Made by a program: the position numbers and the translations under genes. From Myxococcota bacterium (GTDB lineage: Bacteria; Myxococcota; XYA12-FULL-58-9; JABJBS01): a stretch of DNA of 31,159 bases. Numbering within the stretch: position 1 is the first letter of the stretch; every line of letters begins with the position of its first letter. Shown one piece after another: positions 1-9,098 of this stretch. Location: positions 1 through 31,159 of the forward strand of contig JAYZAY010000075.1 in NCBI GenBank assembly GCA_036339465.1, in the 5' to 3' direction. Below the pieces are notes generated by a model. That model saw only the letters and a list, made by a program, of their open reading frames with translations. It had not been told where the DNA came from and did not search any database.

Positions 1-42
1 AAGATTGCGCTTACCCGCAAAGGCTTTATGGACCTCAATCCA

Positions 43-142
43 CTAACTAGCCTGCTTAATCTTTTTCTAACTAGCCTGCTTAATCTTTCTCCTAACTAGC
101 CTGCTTAATCTTTCTTATCTTTCTCTAACTAGCCTGCTTAAT
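43..142. repeat. Four exact copies of 18-bp CTAACTAGCCTGCTTAAT separated by pyrimidine-rich linkers of 6, 7 and 15 bp
   Basis: Copies read directly at 43-60, 67-84, 92-109 and 125-142, just downstream of the stop codon of the 156..1613 CDS. Confidence 0.95.
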
Positions 143-155
143 TTTTTTTTCTTTT

Positions 156-1613
156 TTAGTATGTACAGGGGCCCAATTCATCTGCCGAAGATGTTTCAAG
201 GTTTGGTTGGTAAACCTTGTCGCATTTCCATTCGTAAGAAGAACCCATCTTCACCACTTTCTTGGTTGAATATGGCTGGTCACGACGGTCCCCGTTCTTG
301 TCGTAGACCATCAAGCCACTGGCACCATCGAGCGCCAATTTGGTGCCCGCGGTAATTTTGGCAGGCAGGTCCTTAAAAGAGTCTGTGGTTGGTGCCACTT
401 TCTCATAACTACTGCCAAGAGCCCCCTCTTTTTGGTTGGCCATGTGCTTTTTGAGCGCAGCCCCAGTGTAACGAGTCGCCTCTGGCTCGTGAAGCATGGC
501 TAGACCGAATGAATAGAGGCAGTCGGCGTGAGACGGCGTGAAGGCATCTTGAACATCCACATTGGGATGCTTCGTTGTGAGGCGCGCAAACCATGCTGCC
601 GAATTTGCTCCCGAGTAGTTGTCTGGGTTTGTGCCCTTGATGGAATTACCGGGGGTATCAATCCATGTCGCAAAATCGTCACCCAGGTTTGCGAAGAAGC
701 CCTCACCAATCATGCCATCGGGAACGATAAGGTTGCCTTTGAAACTCTTACCCGCATCATCGCCGCAAACGTCAACTTCACATTTTGAAAGCTGCTTCAT
801 CAGAACGGCCCCGTGGTGAGGCAGCCCAATGGCGAAAACGTTGGTGATACTTCCATCATTACTACCCTTAACGATGGTGCTGATAGCCGTCTTGGAGAGG
901 TCCTCGGTGGCCTTCATATCGTCACCGGGGTTAACGGGAAGGTACTGCACGCTGGTTATGCCGGCTGCAGCCGCGTGCTTTTTGATTTCATCAACGAAAG
1001 AAGCACCGTAGCCGTCATCGCCATAGACGACTGCAAGCTTTTCTTGGTCTGCAGTAGGAACAAGTCCCCAGGCCAGCAGGGCTTGCTTTTTATCATTTGA
1101 GACGGCTCGATACAGGGTATCGTTTGCATCAGCACCCATAACCCCATCGGCATCTTCCGCGTTATTATTGGGGTCATTAATTTTAGTGTTGGTAGAAGAA
1201 CCACTGCATTGAATAACGTCTTGGTAGGTTTTATTGGTGAGGTTTAATACCTTTTTGGCGGTGGACGACCACTCGCTGATGATACCCACTGCCTTGTATT
1301 CTTTAATCAGCTTCTCAGCGAGTTCGATTCGGTTGTCATTGGCCCCCGAAGTAAAATCCAAGTTTACGATCCGAAACTTCTGGGTATAGAGCCCCGTTGC
1401 GTTCAAGTCGTCTGCTGCCATTCGTAGGCCCAGCAGTGGTGCTTGTTCTGTCCCAATGTCGTTGTAGAGAACACCGATGACGGTCTCTCCACCGGTTGCT
1501 GCTGTGGTGCCGCTTTGTGTTACAGTCTCATCACCGCCACAGGCGCTGAAGCCAAAGGCTACGGCCAGGCCGCAGGTAAAGTATTTAGGCCATTGTTTCA
1601 TTTGTCTTTGCAT
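156..1613 (-). CDS. Lipoprotein with type I periplasmic-binding-protein fold (LivJ/branched-chain amino acid binding-like)
   Basis: Signal peptide with lipobox FSA-C; LivJ-like segments IGVL..GLRMAADDLN, VGIISEWSS, LYRAVSND, VVYGDDGYG, DGASGLMVYDKNGD. Confidence 0.75.
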   Translation of the reverse strand: MQRQMKQWPKYFTCGLAVAFGFSACGGDETVTQSGTTAATGGETVIGVLYNDIGTEQAPLLGLRMAADDLNATGLYTQKFRIVNLDFTSGANDNRIELAEKLIKEYKAVGIISEWSSTAKKVLNLTNKTYQDVIQCSGSSTNTKINDPNNNAEDADGVMGADANDTLYRAVSNDKKQALLAWGLVPTADQEKLAVVYGDDGYGASFVDEIKKHAAAAGITSVQYLPVNPGDDMKATEDLSKTAISTIVKGSNDGSITNVFAIGLPHHGAVLMKQLSKCEVDVCGDDAGKSFKGNLIVPDGMIGEGFFANLGDDFATWIDTPGNSIKGTNPDNYSGANSAAWFARLTTKHPNVDVQDAFTPSHADCLYSFGLAMLHEPEATRYTGAALKKHMANQKEGALGSSYEKVAPTTDSFKDLPAKITAGTKLALDGASGLMVYDKNGDRRDQPYSTKKVVKMGSSYEWKCDKVYQPNLETSSADELGPCTY

Positions 1614-1631
1614 TTTGTGTCACACCGCAAA

Positions 1632-3998
1632 TTATAAGGTTTGCTCTATTCCTAGAATAAACATCCTACGTTTACCAGGAGTATCAGTCTGAAAATATGG
1701 TTGAACCCCAGCATATGCATATGTCTGATTTAAAACATTGCGTACTGAAACGAAGAGTCGCGTGGTGATTTGGTCGAATAACTCGAAGTCGTGGGTCGAA
1801 TAGTTGAGGTCTAGGGTGTGGTAGGATGGCAGCTCGTAACGGTTGTCGGGCTTGTTTGTGCCATTGGCTTTGTTGTAGTAGTGTCCTACTCTGGGACCAA
1901 TAAAGTGAAAGTCTGCGGTGACATAGCTCGACAGTGTCGCCAAATCTACAGTAAGGGAGGCATGGGCTGCCAATTCAGGATAATTTAAGCCTTGGTTAAT
2001 GGCATTGGGCTCTCCGGTGAAGTCGTCGACGCGATCTCGATATTTACTTGTTTGCTGGGATATTGCCAATTTAAGATCCATGGGGTTGAGTTTCAGCCGG
2101 AGGTTGGCTTCGATACCACTGCTGTCGAGGGTATCTGCGTTTTGAGCCCGCACCCCCAACTGTGAGACATTGTAAGCCACTTTTTCTTTGAGCTTATTGA
2201 TGAAATAAACCACTGACCCCGTGACATGCTTTTCCCACAACTCAAACCCAAGCAGGAACTCCAGTGAGGATACCTCTTGTGGCAGGAGGGTCCAATTAAA
2301 GAGAGGCACTTGGTCTCCCACCCGGTCGCTTTGATAGAGCAAACTGGGAGCGGGGGCTTTGAAGGCGGTGCCATAAAGAGCTTTGGCGAAAATATTCTCC
2401 ACCATAAAGCCCCCACCCTCTTGGCCCAGTGACCAGCCATCTCGGACGAGGGACACCGTGAATCCACCTCGGTAGTTAAAACTATCGTAGCAAACCCGCC
2501 GTTGACCTTCGTCTTGGCAGGTGACGTTATTTGGGTCATTGAGTTGTGCGAGGTGGTTTTCTGTGAGTTTGGCGCCGTTGTGTTTGTCGTATCGAGCTCC
2601 CGCGATCAATCCCAGCCGATTGTTTAGGAAGCTCCCTGTTAGCTGTCCGTAGGTCCCAATATTCACCAGCTGCCTGGTCTTCCAGTGAGCCGATGTTTTC
2701 ACATCATCGCTAAAGGTGATGTCGTCGGCGGTGTAATCGGCACCGGCCATGAGGGTTAGGTTATTGATGATGGTGTAACCCTTAAGTAAGCCAGACTCCA
2801 CACTCAATTGGTCCTTAAGGAGCGCCACGCGCATGTCGCCGGCGATGTCTAGCCCACTGAAACCATAAGGGGATCGGTCAAGGGGGCTCAGGTCACGGTC
2901 AAAAATTCTATCCTTGGCAGTGGTTCCCCCGTCGGATTTTGCCGCTGAAAGGGTTAGGTTTAGGAGATCACCCAAGAGCATCAGGCGGTATTTGACTTGG
3001 ATGGTTTGGTTGCTCAATCCGATCAAATTGCCGTTGCCCTCGGCGTCGTATTGAAGCAGGCCCCAATCGGAATATTGCGCACCTGTTAGGAGGTTTTGCC
3101 AGGAAAACATACTGGATAACACGCCAAAGTCTCCGTCCAGATTCAATGAGTCGGCGATGTTCCATTGGGCGGATGCAAAGATTGAAAGGGGGTTGGTGAT
3201 ATCACCTTGGCTTTCAAGTTCGAAAAGTGGCTTGGTCGGGTCCTGGCGGTAAGAGTTGCCATTGATTTGGGCATCGCGGGGGTCTTCACCCTCGGGGTCC
3301 GTTGTGATTGGTAGTTGCAAGCCACTTCGACTGGTTCGATTTTTTTGAACCGAGAGTAGAACATCCAGCCCATCAAAGAATTCTGCGCCTGCGGTGAGGC
3401 CCAAATCATAACCGCCGTTATTGTTGAATGAAGTGCCGGCAATTTTACCCGATACGCCGTTGATTTGGGCACCTTTTCGGGTAATAACGTTGACAACCCC
3501 TAGGAAGGCATTCGCGCCATAGAGCGCCGAGCCAGGGCCACGGATCACTTCGATACGTTCCACAGCGCCCATGGGGATACACTCTGGCCCCAATAGATTG
3601 ACTGTTTCATTTCGAAATGAAACGGGTTGTCCATTAATCATGACTTTAATGAGTCTGCTGGCTCCTCGCATGTCTCCGGTGACCCCTCGGACCCCCACGT
3701 CGTAGAACGCATAATCGTAGTTAAGAAAGAGTCCTGGAATAGAGCTGAGGGCCTCTGCGATGGAACGGTAATTTTTGGAATCAATTTCTCTGCGACCTAG
3801 AACGGAAATAATCGAAGGTGCTTCAGCCACTGTCTGTGTTATTTTACTGGCTGAGGTTACAACGTTCTCAAGGTCCAAGAGATCTACAAGGTTGAGATCG
3901 CTTGCTTGCCCTTGCGCAAAAGCGCTTGCCGTCAAGAGTGAAGCTCCAAAACAAACAGAGAAAGCAAAATGATTTCGTCCAATAAACATAAAATACAC
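1632..3998 (-). CDS. TonB-dependent outer-membrane receptor
   Basis: Signal peptide (AFA-Q); plug motifs VVTSASK..AEAPSIISV and VERIEVIRGPGSALYGANAFLGVVNVITR; C-terminal VRNVLN..PGKRRMFILGI. Confidence 0.93.
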   Translation of the reverse strand: MYFMFIGRNHFAFSVCFGASLLTASAFAQGQASDLNLVDLLDLENVVTSASKITQTVAEAPSIISVLGRREIDSKNYRSIAEALSSIPGLFLNYDYAFYDVGVRGVTGDMRGASRLIKVMINGQPVSFRNETVNLLGPECIPMGAVERIEVIRGPGSALYGANAFLGVVNVITRKGAQINGVSGKIAGTSFNNNGGYDLGLTAGAEFFDGLDVLLSVQKNRTSRSGLQLPITTDPEGEDPRDAQINGNSYRQDPTKPLFELESQGDITNPLSIFASAQWNIADSLNLDGDFGVLSSMFSWQNLLTGAQYSDWGLLQYDAEGNGNLIGLSNQTIQVKYRLMLLGDLLNLTLSAAKSDGGTTAKDRIFDRDLSPLDRSPYGFSGLDIAGDMRVALLKDQLSVESGLLKGYTIINNLTLMAGADYTADDITFSDDVKTSAHWKTRQLVNIGTYGQLTGSFLNNRLGLIAGARYDKHNGAKLTENHLAQLNDPNNVTCQDEGQRRVCYDSFNYRGGFTVSLVRDGWSLGQEGGGFMVENIFAKALYGTAFKAPAPSLLYQSDRVGDQVPLFNWTLLPQEVSSLEFLLGFELWEKHVTGSVVYFINKLKEKVAYNVSQLGVRAQNADTLDSSGIEANLRLKLNPMDLKLAISQQTSKYRDRVDDFTGEPNAINQGLNYPELAAHASLTVDLATLSSYVTADFHFIGPRVGHYYNKANGTNKPDNRYELPSYHTLDLNYSTHDFELFDQITTRLFVSVRNVLNQTYAYAGVQPYFQTDTPGKRRMFILGIEQTL

Positions 3999-4407
3999 CC
4001 CCCTTTTTTAAGAGGAGTCATTCTCGTCAATGACCCTTCCCCGCAACAGGGTATTGCAATCGAGGAACTCGAATCAATAGCTATGAAAGCTAATTATTTA
4101 TTGGTCCTTATTCTGTAAAAAGAAGGGGGATAGGTCTGATTTGGCAATATAAAATATGACAATAAATGGAATAATCTTATTTCCACCAATGTCGGTTTAC
4201 TCGCTTTCACGATGACCGAATAGACCTAAAATAGGACGACGCGTTTTTTTTCTCCCCACCTTCGGAAACCTTTGATTTGTGATATTGTGTTGCGGCAGTA
4301 TTGTTGTCGGCGATTGTGTTAGCAGCGTTATCAGTGGCAAAGGGAGGGCTTTTGCTTTTGTTTATTGAAACTGGCTCTAGGGGATGCCGGCCTGGCGGTT
4401 GATTGAT

Positions 4408-5214
4408 TCAGTTGATGGGGGCGCACGCCATATTTGTTAAGAAGTCGATGAGGGTTTTGTTGACCTCCTCTGGGACTTCGACGCAACTCAAGTGGCCAGC
4501 TTGTTTCAGAACGCGAAAGATTGCATGTGGTATGGCTTTTTTTAGTTTTAGGGCTCTATCCAGTGGCAATGCCCTATCCTCCTGTCCGTGGACAATCAAG
4601 GTTGGTACTGTGATCTTCCCAAGCTCTTGCAAGATGTTGTTTCGGTTGCAGAGGGCATCGAGGGTTTTGAGCATGGAGGGTACATGGACTCCGTGTAGCT
4701 GCTCTGTCCATTCCGCGATCAGTTGCGGGCAATGCCGCAGACTTGTTTGACCAAAAAATTTTCGCTGCATGGGGGTGGTCATGGCGGCAATCCCTATTTT
4801 ATCCACCAAAATTGCCAAGAGCCGATGTTCTGTTTTTGTGATAAAGGTTTCTGCACCTCCATCTGTGTTGAAGAGAGCGAGCGCCCTAACGCGCTTTGGG
4901 TGTGTGAGGGTGGCTCGTATGGAAATCATACCGCCAATGGAAAGCCCGACCCAAATCGCTTGGTGGATCTTTGCATGGTCGAGGACGGCTAGGGCATCGT
5001 CGACGAGGTCGTAGAGATCGTGGGGTTGGGAGGGGCTGGATTGACCATGGCCTCTGGGATCCATGGCAATCACGCGATAAGAGGTTGAAAATCGGACGAT
5101 TTGTGCGCGCCACAACTGGGTGGAAGTGCAGAAAGACGGTAAAAAGAAGATAGGCTCACCTCTTCCATGGTCTTCATAAAAGAGTTGGTGGTCTTGTCTT
5201 TGGGCGTAGGGCAT
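4408..5214 (-). CDS. Alpha/beta hydrolase (3-oxoadipate enol-lactonase-like)
   Basis: DPRGHGQS, nucleophile elbow GLSIGG, GQED acid, AGH catalytic His. Confidence 0.88.
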   Translation of the reverse strand: MPYAQRQDHQLFYEDHGRGEPIFFLPSFCTSTQLWRAQIVRFSTSYRVIAMDPRGHGQSSPSQPHDLYDLVDDALAVLDHAKIHQAIWVGLSIGGMISIRATLTHPKRVRALALFNTDGGAETFITKTEHRLLAILVDKIGIAAMTTPMQRKFFGQTSLRHCPQLIAEWTEQLHGVHVPSMLKTLDALCNRNNILQELGKITVPTLIVHGQEDRALPLDRALKLKKAIPHAIFRVLKQAGHLSCVEVPEEVNKTLIDFLTNMACAPIN

Positions 5215-5400
5215 TTTTTCTCCAGAAGGCGGAGTGCTTGTCTTTTGTCTCTCCTACCGCGACTTAATTAGCCGCTAATTTGACGAAACTACAAGGGTGC
5301 GTGAACATTCGGTTGGATCGGGCGAGAACTGCTCGTCTAGGTCTCAGAGAAGGAATGATTCAGATAAAAACAAGTTGGGGGGTATTATGAGAGGGAAAAG

Positions 5401-5477
5401 TGGCGTCCCGTAGGGGATTTGAACCCCTGTCGCCGGCGTGAAAGGCCAGTGTCCTAGGCCAACTAGACGAACGGGAC
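5401..5477 (-). tRNA. tRNA-Glu (anticodon TTC), CCA encoded
   Basis: Reverse complement GTCCCGTTCGTCTAGTTGGCCTAGGACACTGGCCTTTCACGCCGGCGACAGGGGTTCAAATCCCCTACGGGACGCCA folds as a cloverleaf. Confidence 0.97.
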
Positions 5478-5492
5478 GCGGTTGGTGAGGGG

Positions 5493-5521
5493 GTAGTACA
5501 CAATCATTTTTAAGCTTGCAA
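5493..5521 (-). promoter_or_regulatory. Putative sigma70 promoter of tRNA-Glu
   Basis: Minus strand TTGCAA-N17-TACTAC with an extended TG, 15 bp upstream of the tRNA. Confidence 0.55.
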
Positions 5522-6048
5522 GTATTTTTTAGGGTAACCATGAATAAAGTTTTGTCCGGTGTGACCATTTTTGGTTGCCCGGGAGTTACTCGGTTGCTAT
5601 CTCACAAGGCAGTAATAAAGAACGTACCGGGGGGTATGGTAAATGTCATCTAAGAAACTAAAAGAAATCATGCGTATAAGTGCGGCATCGAATTTGGGAG
5701 CATTTTGTATTCCTTCGCTGAGAGCCGCTCAGAACGACAATCAACTCACCCACGACTTAAAAAGAAGTCTGGGTGGGGGTACGTGGGTTGAATGGGCAGA
5801 GTCCATGACTTCCTCAAAGAAACATTCCATTGATTAAGGCACTCTCCTTTTTTAAAATGTAATTAATCCAGTTACTTATGGGTTGATTGTGTTTTTTCTC
5901 TCTACTTGCTTCTCTGGGGTAAGCCCGCACTTTTGCGCTTTCTCTCGCACCCCAATGATCGCTTCGTCGACTTTATGGTTCTAAAAGGCGTCACGACCTG
6001 CGGGGTAGGCCGATAACCTACATACGCTAACAATCACTCAGGAGAGAC

Positions 6049-6240
6049 ATGACCATGAAAAAGCTCAGCAACCTCAGAAAAAAGCACGCCGAAGCAGTCG
6101 CTAAATTAACCGAAGCACGTTTACTTGCCCAAAGTAGAATTGGTAGCAACGCTTCGGTGACTAAAAAATTGAACGCGGCTATTCTCGAAGTTCAAATTCG
6201 TGACGCCAGTCTCTTCTCGCGGACTCGCTCGGTGAACTAA
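6049..6240 (+). CDS. Small basic helical hypothetical protein (63 aa)
   Basis: Strong RBS AGGAGA just before the ATG; Ala/Lys/Leu-rich helical sequence. Confidence 0.6.
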   Translation: MTMKKLSNLRKKHAEAVAKLTEARLLAQSRIGSNASVTKKLNAAILEVQIRDASLFSRTRSVN

Positions 6241-6471
6241 TTCGTTCCTTGTTTGCTCGGTATCCGTTTCCTCATCTTTAAAGCGGCTTGCCTTGTTTTC
6301 CTATACGGGTTGAGCGTTGTCTGTTTTGGGACTTCATACAATTTTTTGGCCCCTGCCCTTTTCTACGTTTATCCATTGCCACATCTGCATCCGCGCACGT
6401 CTTAGAAATGCAACCAACAAAACCTGCAACCATAGGAAAGCACGTGCCGACGGTGTGCTCAGGGGGCCGTG

Positions 6472-6639
6472 ATGAAGTGTTGGAACGCCCCATTCACCAT
6501 CGTCATGACCCTCCTCGTGATGGCGTTCTTTGCGATGGGAATGCCGGTGATACCCAAATCAGAGCACGGGGGGGGGATGAAGCTGACGCGCGGGCTTCGA
6601 GGATTGACTGCGTCAATTCGAAAGGGCGACCGGAAATGA
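6472..6639 (+). CDS. Small single-TM hypothetical protein (55 aa; below the ORF-track cutoff)
   Basis: Translated by hand: MKCWNAPFTIVMTLLVMAFFAMGMPVIPKSEHGGGMKLTRGLRGLTASIRKGDRK; AGGGGG RBS at 6461-6466. Confidence 0.4.
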   Translation: MKCWNAPFTIVMTLLVMAFFAMGMPVIPKSEHGGGMKLTRGLRGLTASIRKGDRK

Positions 6640-7011
6640 GTCTGTAGGTTTGACCCTTGTTGCACTTGAGGGAGGGGCCTCGAATCTTTCTCTTGAGCTA
6701 TGGCTGAAGTAAGGATGCTCGGCGAAGTAGGTAAAGACAACCGTCTTTTCTGGGGTCTGTCGATAAAAGAACGCTTGAGGTGGGTTTATCCAAGAACAAG
6801 AGGTCTCAAGAGTCCACAATTTAATCGCCCTTTTGTGCATTTCTTAGACCGTTGAGAGTTCTGGTTTAGTCTTGTTGCCTAGGCGTTTTATGTCGTTTTA
6901 TCGTGTGAAAATTGCGCCAGCAGTTTGGCCATGCTTTTTTGAGAAGTGGATCGTCGAGCAACCGTGGAACAAGGTCTTTTAGGGGCTGCGGCTTTTCTAG
7001 GGGCTGGCAGG

Positions 7012-7431
7012 TTACCACTCTCCTTGGTTTTTCATCGATGCCCATGGTTCTTGAATTGATAGAGGTTCACCTTTCTGCAGCAGCTCGATGGAAATCTGAT
7101 CGGGCGAACGAACAAACGCCATTCGGCCATCGCGAGGTGGCCGCAAAATAGTGATGCCCGTTTCCTGAAGCTTTTCACACAGCTGGTAAATATTATCCAC
7201 GGCAAAGGCCAAATGACCAAAATTACGTCCGGCGCTATAGGGGGCGGTTTCATCCCAATTATGAGTCAACTCTATTTCAGGTTCACCGTGGGCCGTGGCT
7301 AAAAAGACCAAGGTAAATCGGCCTGCCTCGACGTTGTGCCGCCGTGTCTCTATGAGTCCGAGTTTTTGGATAAAGAAGTCTAAGGCCCTATGGAGGTCGT
7401 AAACGCGAATCATGGTATGCAGAAATTTCAT
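7012..7431 (-). CDS. gloA: Lactoylglutathione lyase (glyoxalase I, VOC family)
   Basis: [53 protein letters not shown]. Confidence 0.92.
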   Translation of the reverse strand: MKFLHTMIRVYDLHRALDFFIQKLGLIETRRHNVEAGRFTLVFLATAHGEPEIELTHNWDETAPYSAGRNFGHLAFAVDNIYQLCEKLQETGITILRPPRDGRMAFVRSPDQISIELLQKGEPLSIQEPWASMKNQGEW

Positions 7432-7509
7432 TTTTACTTCCTATGGGATATGCTAGGAGCAGGCGGCCCTTGTCCCAGGTGAGCTCAAGGTTGTCAAATA
7501 CACTGATTA

Positions 7510-8304
7510 ATGGGGTTGGCAGTGAAGTTACATTTTGAAAAATTTGGTTCTGGCTATCCATTGGTTATTTTACACGGTCTTTTTGGCTCCGGGCAGAACT
7601 GGCGACGGGTGGCTAAGAGTGAGCCCCTGAAAGATTTCACCGTCTATACATTGGATTTAAGAAACCACGGTTCGTCTCCCCATGCTGCTGTTGGTTCACT
7701 AAGCGAAATGGCCACCGATGTACTGGACACCCTCGAAGAACTGGAAGACAAGCAATTCTTACTCCTGGGGCATTCTCTTGGGGGCAAGGTAGCGATGCAG
7801 ATTGCCTTTCAATCACCCCAAAGCTTAGGTGGATTGGTCGTGGTAGATATTGCTCCTCGCAGTTACCCACCTGGTCATCTTGGGATCCTGGATGCATTGC
7901 AAGGGCTGAATTTGGTGGGTGCCACAAGTCGAGGAGATTTGGATTCTCAGCTTGCACATGCGATCAAGGAACCGAGCCTTCGCCAATTTCTACTAAAGAA
8001 TATTACTCGGGCCGATGATGGAACTTTTCAATGGAAACTCGGCTTAGCGCACATTGCTGATGCTTATCCTGAAATGATTGATTTTCATGCGCCAAAAACA
8101 ACTTCTGATGTCCCTGCTCTCTTTGTTCGAGGTGGGAATTCTAATTATGTGTTAGATGCGGATTTTGGTTTAATTCGAAGTGTTTTCGGACAAGCGGAAT
8201 TTGCAGATATTGCCGATGCGGGTCATTGGGTTCATTACGAACAGCCCCAAGCTTTTCTCGATAAAATTGGAGAATTTGCTCAGACCACTTGCTTACCGCG
8301 ATAA
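7510..8304 (+). CDS. Alpha/beta hydrolase, YbfF/ABHD11-like esterase
   Basis: LHGLFGS..NW, DLRNHGSSPH, GHSLGGKVAM, VVDIAP, RQFLLKN, AGHWVH. Confidence 0.9.
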   Translation: MGLAVKLHFEKFGSGYPLVILHGLFGSGQNWRRVAKSEPLKDFTVYTLDLRNHGSSPHAAVGSLSEMATDVLDTLEELEDKQFLLLGHSLGGKVAMQIAFQSPQSLGGLVVVDIAPRSYPPGHLGILDALQGLNLVGATSRGDLDSQLAHAIKEPSLRQFLLKNITRADDGTFQWKLGLAHIADAYPEMIDFHAPKTTSDVPALFVRGGNSNYVLDADFGLIRSVFGQAEFADIADAGHWVHYEQPQAFLDKIGEFAQTTCLPR

Positions 8305-9098
8305 CCGCGCATCCATTCTATTAAAGCCTCCCCTATCTCCACCGACATATGCTTTTGGATATGATGACCGCCATGATGGAAGCATAAACGGGGTCCAGCG
8401 GGGCATGTGCGGGCCAACTCACGACTGATTTCTCCCTCCACAAAAGCATCGTCCTCAGCCCAAGCCACAAAGGTGGGCTGGCGTAACATTGGAATGCATT
8501 GTCTTATTTCGCGAAATGATATTTCCTGAACAATCTGCATGGCCTGGTGGAGGCTCTCTACGGATAGGTCTTCAGGGAAACCCGCCTTAATAAATCCTTT
8601 TTTGAGCCATGGCCCCAAGGCGTAGCGGAATGGTTTAACGTTGAGAAGTGTGGGGATAAAATGTCGTGAAATGGGATGTCGCCGAATGGATGCGTGGGGC
8701 CTCAGACCCGGCGATGCGATCAGTCCAAGATGGCTAAACCTCCCAGGGAAACGGGCTGCGACCTCCATGGCCAACACTCCACCTGCAGAATGTCCTATAA
8801 TACCAGCGTTTTTGAGCCCGAATTGCTCGGCTATCGACGCCACAAAGAGCGCCCTTTTACTGAGCTTCGCACTCGGATCTACTCTGAGCGGGGTTTGACC
8901 AAAACCAGGCAAGTCGAGTCGCATGACGGTGAATGCCTTGCTTAGCACTGGAGCAAGCCACCGAAAGTCACGCATGGAGCCGGGACAACCGTGTAAGGCC
9001 AAGACGAACGGTCCCCTACCCTCGACGGAAAAAGCAACGGGGCCTCGAGTGGTTTCGAGATACTCGATGCTGGGATCGCTTGGGGTATCGGATCGCAT
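8280..9098 (-). CDS. Alpha/beta hydrolase
   Basis: LHGCPGS, DLPGFGQT, GHSAGG, WAEDD, GGHHIQ; its 3' end overlaps the convergent esterase by 25 bp. Confidence 0.87.
   Translation of the reverse strand: MRSDTPSDPSIEYLETTRGPVAFSVEGRGPFVLALHGCPGSMRDFRWLAPVLSKAFTVMRLDLPGFGQTPLRVDPSAKLSKRALFVASIAEQFGLKNAGIIGHSAGGVLAMEVAARFPGRFSHLGLIASPGLRPHASIRRHPISRHFIPTLLNVKPFRYALGPWLKKGFIKAGFPEDLSVESLHQAMQIVQEISFREIRQCIPMLRQPTFVAWAEDDAFVEGEISRELARTCPAGPRLCFHHGGHHIQKHMSVEIGEALIEWMRGYRGKQVV

Noticed and set aside
43..142. CRISPR array
   Set aside because: Repeat is only 18 bp, linkers are 6-15 bp low-complexity pyrimidine tracts, and no cas genes are in view
4000..4400. Cobalamin riboswitch upstream of the TBDR
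   Set aside because: No GGGAA..GCCCCCGC core with a correctly placed GCCACTG B12 box could be assembled
5344..5568. 74-aa minus-strand ORF
   Set aside because: Overlaps tRNA-Glu; spurious
6288..6740. ORFs 6288..6647(+) and 6459..6740(-), or a 6S RNA
   Set aside because: No RBS or recognisable motifs; better explained by the 55-aa ORF at 6472; no long closing stem typical of 6S RNA
8280..8304. 25-bp convergent overlap of two hydrolase genes
   Set aside because: Short 3' overlaps are common and there is no further evidence of function
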